64,000 nt of DNA from the human T2T-CHM13v2.0 reference genome, Homo sapiens. The translations under genes were made by a program, and so were the position numbers. The notes under the pieces were generated by a model. That model saw nothing but the letters and a program-made list of their open reading frames with translations, was not told where the DNA came from and ran no database searches. Location of the stretch: assembly GCF_009914755.1 (NCBI RefSeq), contig NC_060938.1. The stretch is one strand, 5' to 3'. This document shows positions 12,561-25,227 of the stretch, piece after piece. The stretch's first letter is position 1; every line of letters starts with the position of its first letter.

Positions 12561-15500
12561 TTGTGTGGTTATCTAAATCTCTTTGTAGGTCTCCAACAAT
12601 GTGTTTTATGAATCTGGGTACTCCAATGTCGGGTGCATATATATTTAGGATAATTAAGTCTTCATGTTGAATTTAACCCTTATTCATTATGTAATGCCCT
12701 TCTTTATCCTTTTTGATCATTGTTGGTTTAAAGTCTGTTTTGTGTGAAATAAGAATGACAACCCTTGCTCTCTTTTGTTTTCCATTTTCTTAATAAATCT
12801 CTGTTACTTTACTTAGAGCCTATGAATATTTTTACATGTGAGTTGGGTCTCTTGAAGATAGCATTCAGCTGAGTTTTGCTTCTTTATCCAACTTACCACT
12901 CTGGGTCTTTTAAATAGGGCATTTCGCCCATTTACATTCAAGGTTAATATTGATATGTGAGGATTTGATCCTGTTATGTTGTGAGCTGGTTGTTGTGTAA
13001 ACTTGGTTGTATATTTGCTTGATGTGTCTGTGGGCTATATACTTAAATGTGTTTTTGTGGTGGTTGGTAACGATCTTTCGTTTCCATATTTAGCACTCCC
13101 TTAAGGACCTCTAGTAAGGCAGGTCTGGAGTTAACAAATTTCCTTAGCATTTGCTTGTCTAAAAAAGAAATTTATTTCTTCTTTGCTTATGAAGCTTAGG
13201 TTGGTGAGATATGAAATTTTTGGTTGGAATTTCTTTTCTTTAAGGATCCCAAATACAGGCTCTGATCTGTTCTGGGTTTTAGGGCTTTTGCTGAAAGACC
13301 TGCTGTTAGCTTGATGGGGTTCGCTTTGTACATGACCTTACCTTTCTCTCTAGTTGCCATTAAGATTTTTTCTTTTATGTTGACTTTGGAGAATCTGATG
13401 ACTATGTGTCTTAGGAATATAGTATCTTTCAGGGATATTCTGAATTTCTTGAAATTGCATATTGACCTTTCTAGCCATGTTCAGGAATTTTTCATGGGGA
13501 ATATCCTCAAATATGTTTTCCAAGTTGCTTGCTCTCTCTCTGTTTCAGGAATGCCAATAAGTCCTAAGTGTGGCCTCTTTACATAATCTCATATTTCTCA
13601 GAGGTTTTGTTTATTTTTAAAAATTCTCTTATATTTTTGTCTGCCCGCATTGATTCAAAGGAGCAGTATTCAAGCTCTGAGATACTTTCTTCAGCTTGGT
13701 CTACTCTGTTATTAATGCTTCCAGTTGCATTCTGAAATTCCTGTAGCAAATTTTTATATTTCCAGAAGTTCAGTTTGGTTCTTTTTAAAAATGGCTATGT
13801 CATCTTTCAACTCTTGGGCTGTTTTACTGTGTTCCTTGGATTGAGTTTGAACCTTCTCCTGTATCTCTATGAGCTTCCTTGCTGTCTAGATTCTGAATTC
13901 TATATCTATCATTTCAGCCATTTCAGTCTAGTTAAGAACCTTTGCTGGGTAGCTAGTATGATCGTTTTGAGGTAAGAAGACATTCTGGCTTTTAGAGTTG
14001 CCAAAGTTCTTGCACTGGGTCTTTCTCATCTCTGTGTGCTGATGATGTTCTTTTAATCTCTGAAGTTGCTGTCTTTTGGCTGTGGCTTTTTGCTTTCATA
14101 TTTTTTGATGCCCTTGAGGATTTGACTGTGGTATAAAATGGGTTTAGTCAATTGGCTTTGTTTCTGGATGGTTTCAGGATACCAAGGCTCCACTTAGTAC
14201 TCCTGGGCTGTGTGCCTTAACCCTATGTAGGTGAGACCAGGCCTGTGGCTTTGTTCTCTTCCTCCTCCTGGTTAAGCACTTGCTGCACTGGAGAGTCTGA
14301 GGCATTCCCAGTATTCTGGCAACCACACTTTGATGGTGGCTGCCCTTAAAAGGGCTCTGGTGGGGTAGTGGTGGGCCTGCACACATGTGTACTCCAGTGG
14401 GGCAGTGGAGAAAGGCTGTAGGTGGGTGTCCACTTGTGGGGTCCATCTGCAAATGTGCACTGACAGGTAGGCAGGGTCTGCTAGTGAAAGAGCTATGGTA
14501 GTGTCTGCTGGCAAGCTGAGGCTAAACTGCAAGTGGGTGTGGCCAAGCAGGGACCCTGAGAAAAGCTGGCAGACAGAGTGGTGCTCAGATCAGACTGTTC
14601 CTGTCCCATGGGCAAGACAGCCTTGCTCTGTCCATGTCCACTAGCTAACTAATGTGAAAGCTGCCTGGAGGAGTATACCAATCCTTGGGAGGTGGATGTC
14701 CATGGCCATGCTCCAGTGCAGCTGTTCCTACACAAAACTTTCTGGGCTTCATGCAGGCTAGATTTTGGTCTCTGCTAAGTCTCTGAGTAGTTTTTCTTGC
14801 CAACTCAAATGTCCATGGGGGTCACAGGGTCTCCTCCAGCTAAGATCCCAGAGGTCCATGGTGAAAGTGGGCCACCCCATGCCTATTTCACTCACCCTTT
14901 CCCTAGGAGACACTTGGAGCCAGAAAAAGTCCTCATGCTCAGCAACCCTTTGCAGGTTTCTTAGCTTCCTCCCCTTTTAGCCTGGTGTCTGTTGCCTTCC
15001 TCTGTCCCCTGTAAATGTTTTCTTTCTGAAGAACTATTTGGAGTTTGCTTGTTTACTTGTTTGTCTGTTCTCTCTTCATGGGAGAAGGTCTTCCAGGCTG
15101 CATCTAGTCAGCCATCTTAGCTATCTCCAAGAACTTTATTCTTTGCTCTTTTTCTTCTTCTTATCCTCCTCCTCTCTGTGTACCTTTGCTGCCTCCTCCT
15201 TTCCCATCTTGTTCTCACATAACAGCTTTGCCAAAAGCTTCAATTTAGGAATGTCTGGGTAGGAGGTTCTAGACATCAGGGATAAATACTATTTTCTACT
15301 CTGCCTCTCCAGATATATTTTCTTATGTGCAGCATATCTCAACATAATTTTAAATTTTGATATTTGCATGATGTAGGAGAAATAGGTCATTTCTTTTCTT
15401 TGTCTTTGAGTACTATTCTATAGCAAATGAGGCAAAAGAGTATTCCATATGTTCCCTGTCAGATTGTTCACATCATTAGTGTATTGCATAATGGTTTGGG

Positions 15501-16029
15501 ACCAAAAGTCAAGTTATAATTAACATGCTATTTTGATTCCTTTACTTCTTTCTGTGTTTCCTCTGTTTGAGTCCTCTTGGGATATAGTGTGACAGTCAAG
15601 TCAGGACTCAGGTTAATGTGGATTTCTGGTGAAAGGCCATGTAAGATCTTATGAATACCATATGAATAAAATTCACATAACTTATAAAAAATTAGCATGA
15701 GACACAAAGGGAACAATTTCTGTATTAGACAAAATCACGGCCATTTGAAACAATGTTCCTGTAAGAAACATGAAAACTTAAAAATTTCAACTTATATCTT
15801 TAATAAAATTGGAAAGGATATTTAATGGGATTGAATAGGTTAAAAGCAGTCATAAAAATGTATACAAATTATTGTAAAAGGAAAACATGATTGACTATTT
15901 TTTGTTTAAAAAGCACAATGGAAGGAGTAAATATAAGATAGGATATTAAAAAGACAAATTTTTTGAAATAGAGGACATGGTTAAGAAATCAATGACTCAT
16001 AAAAGCAAAACATATAAGACAGTGGATCT

Positions 16030-16390
16030 TAGTATATATTTAATATTATTACATATTAAGTGAGCATCTATTATAATTTTATGTAAAACAGTATCTTAAT
16101 TATTTGGGACATAACACTAAGCATAGTAGACACTGTTCTTTTTTTGCAAGAGACAAGAGTCAAGCAAATGAGACAGAAAATTAAGTAATTACAGCAAAGC
16201 ATGATAAATTGTCTGATCAAGGAAGTACAGATTGCTAAGAGAGTGAATAATGATTATTTGAAAGTACTCTTAATAAGGTCAGAAAGTCTTATCAGAGGAA
16301 GTGATATTTAAAATGAGATCTGAAATATGAATAATAGGTAAAAATGATAGTAATGTGCAAAGAGTTCAAATCAGAGGAAATACCATATAT
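16030..16390 (-). mobile_element. L2 3' fragment
   Basis: L2 antisense motifs (taagtgagcatcta, gaggaagtgatatttaaaatgagatctgaa). Confidence 0.5.
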
Positions 16391-16879
16391 AACACCCAAT
16401 TAAAACCATATAGACAAATAACACACGATATTCAAAGAAATCGGAGAACTATGTTGATGACAATTGGTTCATTTCTTTCATCTCTGTGATTCATTGAGTT
16501 AAGCTAGGTTAAGGCAGATACTTGCAAACTCTGGGTGAAGCCTCAAGCTAAGAACCAGCCTATAGCATGGCCCAGCATGCCTTGAGACTTACATTTTTTA
16601 GTATGACTGTGCAAGAGTTGAATACATTCAGCAGAGTGTTCTTAGATTTCATAGGACTTGCCCATGGCAATTTTTATAGTTTATTGCCACTCCTTACTTT
16701 TGACTATCAGTCTCATATTCCTGGATCTATGGACACCCTCTATTTATCTGATTAAAATCAAAACAATTGCTTCCCAAAACATGCTTTAAATTTTCTGTTA
16801 GATATATTTACATCAAATCTGTAATTTTTGTTCTTGAACACTATATTTTCCATTTTTTCTCTGCCAAATATAATAATAG

Positions 16880-17113
16880 TAATAATATTTATTGAATATA
16901 TCAGACACCATTTCTGCCATCTTATATTTAATAAATTAGTCTTCATAATAACCCTGTAAGTAGGTGCTGTTTTTAAGTTATTAACACTTTACAAATAAGA
17001 AAAGTAATACAGGGAGCTTGAGGAACTTGCCTAAAGTCACCATTGCTAGAATATGGTGGGGCTAGTTTCAAGTATTTTAGTCTGACTGCAGAGCCACATT
17101 CTTAATCATTGTA
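16880..17113 (-). mobile_element. MIR SINE
   Basis: Antisense MIR motifs: aaccctgtaagtagg, aacttgcctaaagtcac, gtctgactgcagagcc, cttaatcattgta. Confidence 0.75.
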
Positions 17114-17351
17114 TTAAAATACCTACCTTATTATAGATCACTGTTTTTTACAGTAGTCTCATATTTGTTGCTTTAAGAAATGCAGTGGAAGAAGAAAAAT
17201 AAGATAAATGGAAATTAGTGATAAAAGAAAAAAGCAGAAAAAAAATTCCCTGAGCTTAAGAGAGAAGTGCAACATCAGCTTGAAGTTTCTCAACAAATGT
17301 CACACAAAACTTATTATACTATGTGGCTCATAAGAATATTAATGTGTGTAT

Positions 17352-17353
<2 letters not shown>

Positions 17354-17393
<40 letters not shown>
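17354..17393. repeat. (GT)20 microsatellite
   Basis: Perfect dinucleotide run seen directly. Confidence 0.97.
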
Positions 17394-17399
<6 letters not shown>

Positions 17400-17734
17400 C
17401 CTTTAAGAATCTAGACCAAAACATACAAATTTTATTTTGAAAAGTAGATTGACAATAGACTTTTCTATAACTTTTAAATTTGATAAATAAATGTAGTGAG
17501 GCAATGACTGGAGATCTTAATGTCATTATAAGGATTGAGAATTTTAGAAACAGAAAAGGCTTTAATCTTTAGTGAGATACATATGTCATCCAAGAGTTTA
17601 GACAAGGTACCGCCAAGATACTCTTCATCAAAATGTTTCAGGAAAAAGAGCTTAAAAAGTGGGAGCTAACTAGTGGAAGTTCAGTGCCTTTGTGGTGGTA
17701 GAAGTATGGTGAATGAGAGTAATTGAAAGGCAAA

Positions 17735-18270
17735 AACATTCAACAAATATTATTAGAGCACCAGGCAGGATCTTGGGACTCATCAGTGATAAAAGCATAA
17801 AATATTGTTTCATGTAGAGTTCTCATTTTGGGGGGAACATAGATAATGATAAGCATTGAAAATAAGAACCATATGTCGTGTGTTGAGTGATGATAAATGC
17901 TATGGAAAGAATCAAACAAGGAAAGAAGAATTCAGTGCTAGGCATGGAGGAGGACAGATCTCAATTGCAACTTGTATGTTCAGGTCAGATCTCATTAAGA
18001 AAGACGTATTTGAGCAAATACTTGAAGGGGTGAGGGAATTCACCATGTGGAACAAAGAGGGGATATAGCCATCGCAAAGATCCTTATGAGGGATTGTGGC
18101 TGGTGGGTATGAGAAAGGGATGGACTATGTGGTCAGAGTAAAGTGAGAGAGAAGTCTAGGGTAATAGTAGTGGGGTGGAGTGGGGGCACAAATCAAAAAA
18201 GATCTTTAAGGCTTCATAAAGGTTGGCATTTTGTTTCAAAAGAATTGGGGAGCTATGCCACGGTTTAAGA
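17735..18270 (-). mobile_element. L2 (L2a/b) 3' region
   Basis: cattcaacaaatatt terminus, gtgataaatgctatgga, atttgagcaaatacttgaagg. Confidence 0.7.
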
Positions 18271-18339
18271 GGACACAGAATATAATATGAAATACTTTTT
18301 AGAACTATTATAGCTTTCATGAAGAAAATACACACTATA

Positions 18340-18600
18340 GTGGGGCAAATGTTGAGCTGTGATATCCAGAAACCAGCAACAGTAGTAGGAAGTCAAGGAA
18401 ACTCCTAGTCCTGAGGAAAAGATATTATAGGAGTCTTGGGAGCTGGATCCATGAAAGAGGGGCAGTCCCAATGAGGCTGTGGTCATAGAGGGACTCAGAA
18501 CAAGGAGGCATGGGAAAAAATATACTTAAACATTTTTCTCCTCCTTTCCACTGATCTCCTCCCAGGACCTCAGTAGCCAATACATCAAGAGGCCATCTTC
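18340..18600. mobile_element. Old ERVL-type LTR fragment (LTR33/LTR41-like)
   Basis: Motif ctcctcctttccactgatctcctcccagg...gccaa...gaggcca resembles LTR33/41; weak. Confidence 0.3.
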
Positions 18601-19199
18601 AGGGGAATTCTTACTTGGCCTTTTTTCTGTTGATTTTAACATCTGAGTTATCCTAAGATTGATTTTCTTTATTGCCTTTCTCATTATGCAAGGATTTTTT
18701 TCCTATGAAAGTTCAAATTAACAAATAAAAACCACAGAGAAAATAAGAAAGTTGTATATTCTAATAATTAACCCAAAGCTGTCATCCCAGAAAGTTTTGG
18801 AGGTAATAAGGTAATAATGCTCATTATCTTTAGACACAGAGTGGAAAAAACAAGGTTTGAAAATGAATCTGATGTGGGGGAACAGACTGACAATAACCAG
18901 CCATATCTACCAAATAGCTATACATGTACTTTATAAATTACAATGAGAAATCTGAAACAATTACTACAAGTATCATGACTGTACTTCAACTTAGTGAGAG
19001 ACTGGAACATCACTGAGTAACACTGCCTTCATAAAAAATAATTCCTAAAATATAGAACATGAAAATATTCATTAAAAATAATATTTACATGCTGATACTG
19101 CAATTTGATTAAAAGCTATCCATGACTACTTTGTTTATTAAAATAATAGAAACTAGAAGTTGCTTTTCTATAAATGTTTAATTACATTTACAACTGTTC

Positions 19200-19920
19200 T
19201 GTTGTAAATAATTGTCGTAAATAACAATTGGATCTAGTTGGTTAATAATGTTGCTAACATTTTCTATGTCGTTACTTAATTTGTTTCCCAAATCATCTAT
19301 GAATTATCAAGAGAGACAAATTAAAATATTCAAACATCACTTTGGATTTCCCATTTTGCTTAATTTTATTCCATATGTTCCAAAGCTCAGTACATAGGCA
19401 CATACACATTTAAGACTGTTATGTCTTCCTGGTAAATTGACCCTTTTTTCAGTTGTGGAAAGTCTCACTTTAAATTTGGTAATATCCCTTTTCTGGAAGT
19501 CTATATTAGTTAATATTAATAAAGCCATGGCAGGTTTTGATGCTTCCTCCTTGTATGTATTTTTTTAATCTTTTTACTTTCAAGCAATAGACATCTTTAA
19601 TGTCCATCTCTTACAGACAGTGTGTAGTTAGATCTTGCTAAGAATCAAGGTCTTTGAGTTGAAGATTTTAGTAGGTTCGCAGTCATGTTTGCATTCATGT
19701 ATATTGTGTTACTACAATAATTACTTTCTATTTGTCACATCCTTTTTGTTGTTGTTATTAATTTTCCTGTGTGTTTTTTCTTTCTTAATTTGTTTGAACT
19801 GATTATTTTATTTTAATTCCTTTACAGGCTTTTAAACTACATGTATTTGCATTCATTTTTGAGTAGTTGATCTAGGCAGAATTAGAATATGCATCATTAA
19901 TTTATCACTATCTTCTTAGA
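19200..19920 (-). mobile_element. Ancient L1ME fragment (ORF2 endonuclease region)
   Basis: catacacatttaagactgttatgtcttcctggtaaattgacccttt is a typical L1M EN antisense motif. Confidence 0.65.
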
Positions 19921-20676
19921 GTCCTCGAGCATATCTTTAATTGGAAATTTGAAGGCTTTTTGTTATAATTCCAATATTATGGTTATCCTAAGATTTGTTT
20001 ATGTTGATACTACATTTTATTAAAATGCAAAGTTTCCTCTCTCTCATCTTGAAGAAAATGCTATTTAACAAAAAAATTAAATAAGAAGCTGAAAATAAAA
20101 TAAAATAAATCACATACATTTTAAAAAAATTGTCCTAACTTGCCAGTCCAGATAGCTTTAAAGGCAATTCTCATCATTATTTTAAAAAATCACTAAAATA
20201 ATCTAGGCTTTTCAAAGTATAGGGAATTGTGGAAACTATAATTCTAGCAGGCCATATATTTATGATTCAAAACAATGAAGTCACCAAATAAAGCTTTTAG
20301 TATTCTTAAATTAGAAAAATTAGCCTTATTTCCGTATCATAACAAATAATAATTAGCAGTTACCATCACAATTCATGGTAAAACCTGACAGTCAAGTTGT
20401 TCTAGAATAACCTGAGGTGCTTGATATCATCATTTTTACTTACTAATGTTGATATCATCCTATCTAATGCAAAATAAAATAAAAATTTTTTAAATTAAAA
20501 TGATATTTGAAAAGTTACAATAAAATCCTCCTTATTTGTATAAAGCTCTAATAATATGATTATCTTCTGGATAAATCCAGCAAATGAACTGTAATGTTAT
20601 TATCCCAGGTTAACGTTCAGTAAGATTATTACTTAGAAATAGAGATATTTCATTGAAGAGCTAACTAACCAAAACA

Positions 20677-20791
20677 TTTTTTTTGTTTGTTTCGAGAAAT
20701 GGGTGTCTCACTGTATCTCAAACTCTTGGGCTCAAGTGATCCTCCCACCTCAGTCTCCCAAAGTGCAGACATGAGCCACTATGCCCAGTCC
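20677..20791 (-). mobile_element. Alu monomer (FLAM-like) with internal deletions
   Basis: T-rich tail, then gtctcact...ctcaaactcttgggctcaagtgatcctcccacctcag...gagccactatgcccag. Confidence 0.8.
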
Positions 20792-20990
20792 CAAATTGTG
20801 TCAGCTTATGCAAATTCCAAATAAAGTTCTAGTGGAAACTATGGTTTTCTATTGTACTCTTGGGAACATGATTCTATTTATTACTATCTGCCCTTTCACA
20901 TCACACTCGGCAGTTTATAAATATATAGAAGATACTGCTATCATTTTAATTTAGAAGGTTTTAAAATCTCATCCTGAATATTGTCATTTT
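20792..20990 (+). repeat. Local ~200-bp direct duplication, copy 1
   Basis: Aligns by eye to 22720-22920 at about 86% identity. Confidence 0.93.
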
Positions 20991-21480
20991 TATGACACAT
21001 ATTTTTCTATGTCATAAAAATATATTTGAGATACAACATATGTTAAAAGAAACAAAAAAGTCGTAGAAGAATGCACCTGTCACCATTTACTAAACCTTCC
21101 ATTTAAAATAGCTTTTTGTGATATAAAACTAAAGATAGAAACCATAGAGGAAAGTAATCATTGAAAACAAAACAATGAAGTATTTTTAAAAAGTAAAATA
21201 GAGAAACCACCATTGTTAGAGAAAAGTTTGGAGTCATCTTCATGAAGGTGCTAGAGTATTCTGTGAGAATTTATAAAGCTGGGATAAAGGGGAAAATGTT
21301 CATTGAATCAATTTTTTAAATTATAGAGTGGGAGAGCAGAAAAAACAAAAACACCTGGCTATGGAGACAAAAAGAGGCAGTTCAAGAAAAGACAAGGGAA
21401 ACAGCATCACAGAGCACAAGAGATTAGATTTTTTAGTAGAAAAATGTGTTCAAATGATTTGAAAGCTAAGAGAATTTCAA

Positions 21481-21502
21481 AATTCTGGAAGTTTCCAGAA
21501 TT
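21481..21502. promoter_or_regulatory. Palindrome matching a perfect four-pentamer heat-shock element
   Basis: aaTTCtgGAAgtTTCcaGAAtt. Motif match only, no functional evidence. Confidence 0.3.
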
Positions 21503-22719
21503 AGTGATTGAAAAGTCATTGATAACATGTGATTATATGATATGTCTGAAGATGTTTACATACAGTAAGTAAAATTAATTATGAATTACATAAATCAACC
21601 CAATTAAACATATTATTAAATGTTATTTTTAATTCAACAATGTTTTCACTGGCTCTTGATAAGACAAATTAAATGACAAGTAAAACCATGTATTACATAT
21701 GTCATTTTAGAAACGGAAAAAGCAAGATCAACACCAAGATATAAATTTTCATTACATTGTTAACTTACAGTAATAACTATCTTTACTTTCTTTTATAAAA
21801 TGAAGTTCTATATGCTTTCTCATCCTCCAAGAATCATTTAAAGAAATATAGAATGGTTGCAAAAACGTATTAAACATTTTGAAGAACTCTATAAGTACAA
21901 AGTACACTCTGTGTTTATAATTGTTGTCATGTAGGAGTGAAATAGATAATTCCCAATTCTCTCAAATCTGTCAGTGGGAGATTTTTCTAGTTCTCATACT
22001 AAAATGCTATATAAAACTTAAAGCATTATGTAAATTTAAAATAAATTAAATGAAACTGGTAAATTCAGAGTTTGAAAAAATAACCACAGAAGAAAACAAA
22101 ATTGGCCATTGTACTATCCTCCATTTTCATACTATGGCTCATAAATTTTCTGGCTGTATAAAAGACATGATAAATAATATGTCAGTTGTACTTTTTTCTC
22201 TAAATTACTTAACAATAACTGTCTTGGAAACAGCTAAGGTCATTGACTGGGTTGGAGGTATAGATAGCTAGTTAAAATTGGACAAGAACTAGTTGATATT
22301 TCTGTTATCAAAGAAATAAAAGAGTCATTTATTTACTGTACTTATCTATGCTAATTAGTCTTTAGGACAATGTAGGTTACTGCAGTGGAAAAATTATGTT
22401 AGTTTCGCTAAGCTTCAAGGTCCTATCAGTAATATGAGAATTTCTAAGTTACAGTCTTATAATACTGTATTCATGTAACTAGTGACTAACACAATTCTTG
22501 GCAAAGAATTGATATTCAATAGATGAGAGCTTCTGACATTATTTTTATTATTATATTTTATTGATCATAAATTAAAAATTGCTACTAGGTTATAACATTT
22601 AGTTTAATAAAAGCATCTAGGTCCAAAAACTTACAAACGTTGCTGCTAAGGTACAGACTGATGACGTTTTTACTCCCTGGAAATCAGGTTCTCCATTCTT
22701 TCAGAATAAAGTACATTTG

Positions 22720-22920
22720 CAAATTGTACCAGCTTATGCAAATTCCAGATAAAGTTCTAATTTAAAATATGGTTTTCTTTTGTACTCCTTGGGAATGTGA
22801 TTCTATTCATTACTATCTACCCTTTCACATCACACTCAGAGATATATAAATATATTGTAGGATACTGCCATTATTTTAATTTAGAAGATTTTAAAATCTT
22901 GTCCTGAATATTGTCATTTT
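22720..22920 (+). repeat. Local ~200-bp direct duplication, copy 2 (probable source)
   Basis: caaattgtaccagcttatgcaaattcc...cctgaatattgtcatttt matches 20792-20990. Confidence 0.93.
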
Positions 22921-25227
22921 GAAATATGATTGTGTTTAAAGCTATGATTCCTTTTTACTGGATGAGCCTGCTGTCTTGCAGGGCCAATCAACATACATTA
23001 CATTTTTAGAAAATATTTAAATAGCCAACAATATGTTTCATCCTTCCAAATTGAAATGAAGTTGTATCAGTCTCATATTTATTTTAGAAAAAATAAAAAT
23101 AAGATTTGTTGTTAGATTTATGGTTTTTATATGACACATAAATGTAACCAATAGATTCATTAAAAATCATTTTTAAAATAGTAAATTAATGGAAAAAGAA
23201 ACTCAGTTTGTTTAATTTTGGCCAGACAAAGAATTTATTTAATTACTTGTTTGTTCGAGTAATTTTTCACATATGACCTAATCACAATCATTGTTTCATG
23301 CATTAATTTGCATTTTTCTCATATAGGAATGTATACATGTATATATTTTATATTTTTCATTTTTTCTATAATATGTTCTTCATACTCTAGATTATTTTCC
23401 ATAAATTTTAGCCCAGGCAGTTGTTTCTAAAGCAAGATATTTTCAAACTACTTATCTTGGTGTTTTAGTAATTCTAGTGTCTTAATATCGATTGCTTATA
23501 CACAAGATGAAAGAGGTTATTTTCAGGGTGTCATTGTTTTAGTGGCCTTGTTTAAACTGCTCAGCAAAAAAAGCCAACCTGAGTGTCTGTTTACTGCATT
23601 ATAAATTGCCTGTGTGTTGTATATTGGCATTAGGAACAGACTGAAAAATGGATACTATAAGGTGGAACTTCTTGAAAGTGTAAATTTCTGAGATCCTAGA
23701 ACATCACATACCCCAGAGAGATCTATTTTGCCTTGGAATGTAGTTTAAGAACTCTGTTCATAATATTGTAGGAATTTCTTCTGCCAAACACTTGTATGAG
23801 GAAGAAGAAATATCCGTTTGGATTGTTTAGGAAATTCAGATGGGAAATTGAATTTTGAGATACAAGTGATATAGTTAACCTTTAAAGAAGTTTTAAAGTA
23901 TATAATATAAAACAAATTTTTACAAAAATTAGAGATAAAATGTTAAAGCTTACTCTGTTCTACATTATAAAACGTGACTAAAGCTTGCTGCAAAACAAGG
24001 GTAAGATTATTTTCCTCTTGTTAGTATACTGATACATATCTTTAATATGTCTTATATTTTTGTGTCTCTGGCTTTCAATTTTCTTCCTTTCAGAATATGT
24101 TTTGCTCAAATTTATTAAATGTTACTCGCTTTTGGAAAGAAGTTGAGTTTAGTGATTCAACTGACTATGTTGAAGTTAAACTGGAGTTATGAATAAAATA
24201 TTGATCCAAAAATTGTTTTACTGTGAAAAGCAACATTTTATAAAGTATTTTACATAAGCCGTACTCAGTGTATATTTCTTGAGTAAAGCTTTAATATAAC
24301 TAGCATTGATTAAATACAACCTTTTAGTATTGATAGCAAGGAACATAGTTTGTACACTAAAGCATTTTATTTCTATTACCTTGCTTGTTCTTTCCTGGTT
24401 CAAACAAGATTGTCTAGAGAAACACTATTATTGCCTAATTTTACATATTGGGAGGCTGAGCCAAAAACTACAAGTAACTGATCCAAGCTCATTCAAGTCT
24501 ATTGTTGTAATTCTTTATTAGTTCTGTAGCTTAGACAGGAAGCTCCTGTTTCTTTACGCACAAGGAACATAAGTAATATGCATTTAGTTTAAAATGATGA
24601 TGGTGAGATGCTCCCAAAGCTGAATCTACATCCTTTATATGTTTGTTAGTTGTGCTGTTTTGTCGGACCCCAGTGTTTCTGGGATCCCTTAGCATCAACT
24701 AAAATGATTAAGAAAATAAAATATTTTACTGATAAAGAATCCTTATTTCTATGTATTCATTGAGATGAAACTGTAACTTCTGCCTGAGAGGTAATGACAG
24801 CAACATTATGTTAAGGATTATTAAGGATGAAAAATGTCTGAAGGAAGGAAGAAACTGAGAAGTCTGTCTCATCTGAATCTCTCCTAGTAAAATAGTCATC
24901 TGTTGCTTTGCTGCCTGGTATCTGTTTAGCTTTCTGAAAACAGCACTCTGAATCTTTGTGTGGGAATTACCCTTTATCCCATTAAATCCAGTGAGAGAGT
25001 CCATGCTCTTACAGCTAAGGAATAGGCATGAGACCCGAGCTGCAACAAACAGACTTAATTTGCTGGGAATTTGAACTTTGAGCAAAGCTAGAGTGAAAAG
25101 ACTGAGGAAGGCTGAAACTTATTCATCTACATTACTTGATGGTACCCTGAAGAGACTTACCTTGCTTTCCACTACCTAGTCCACCGAATAATTCTCAGTT
25201 TGGTTTTTGACAAATTATAAAGCATTC

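Noticed and set aside
20991-23140. Duplicated copy 1 as a processed (spliced) retrocopy
   Set aside because: The skipped segment 22921-23129 has neither GT-AG nor CT-AC ends.
24075-24200. Possible splice acceptor (ttttcttcctttcag at 24093) and exon
   Set aside because: No convincing donor or reading frame follows; such motifs are common by chance.
24726-25085. 119-aa minus-strand ORF
   Set aside because: Non-ATG start, no recognisable domain, and it overlaps probable old LTR-like sequence.
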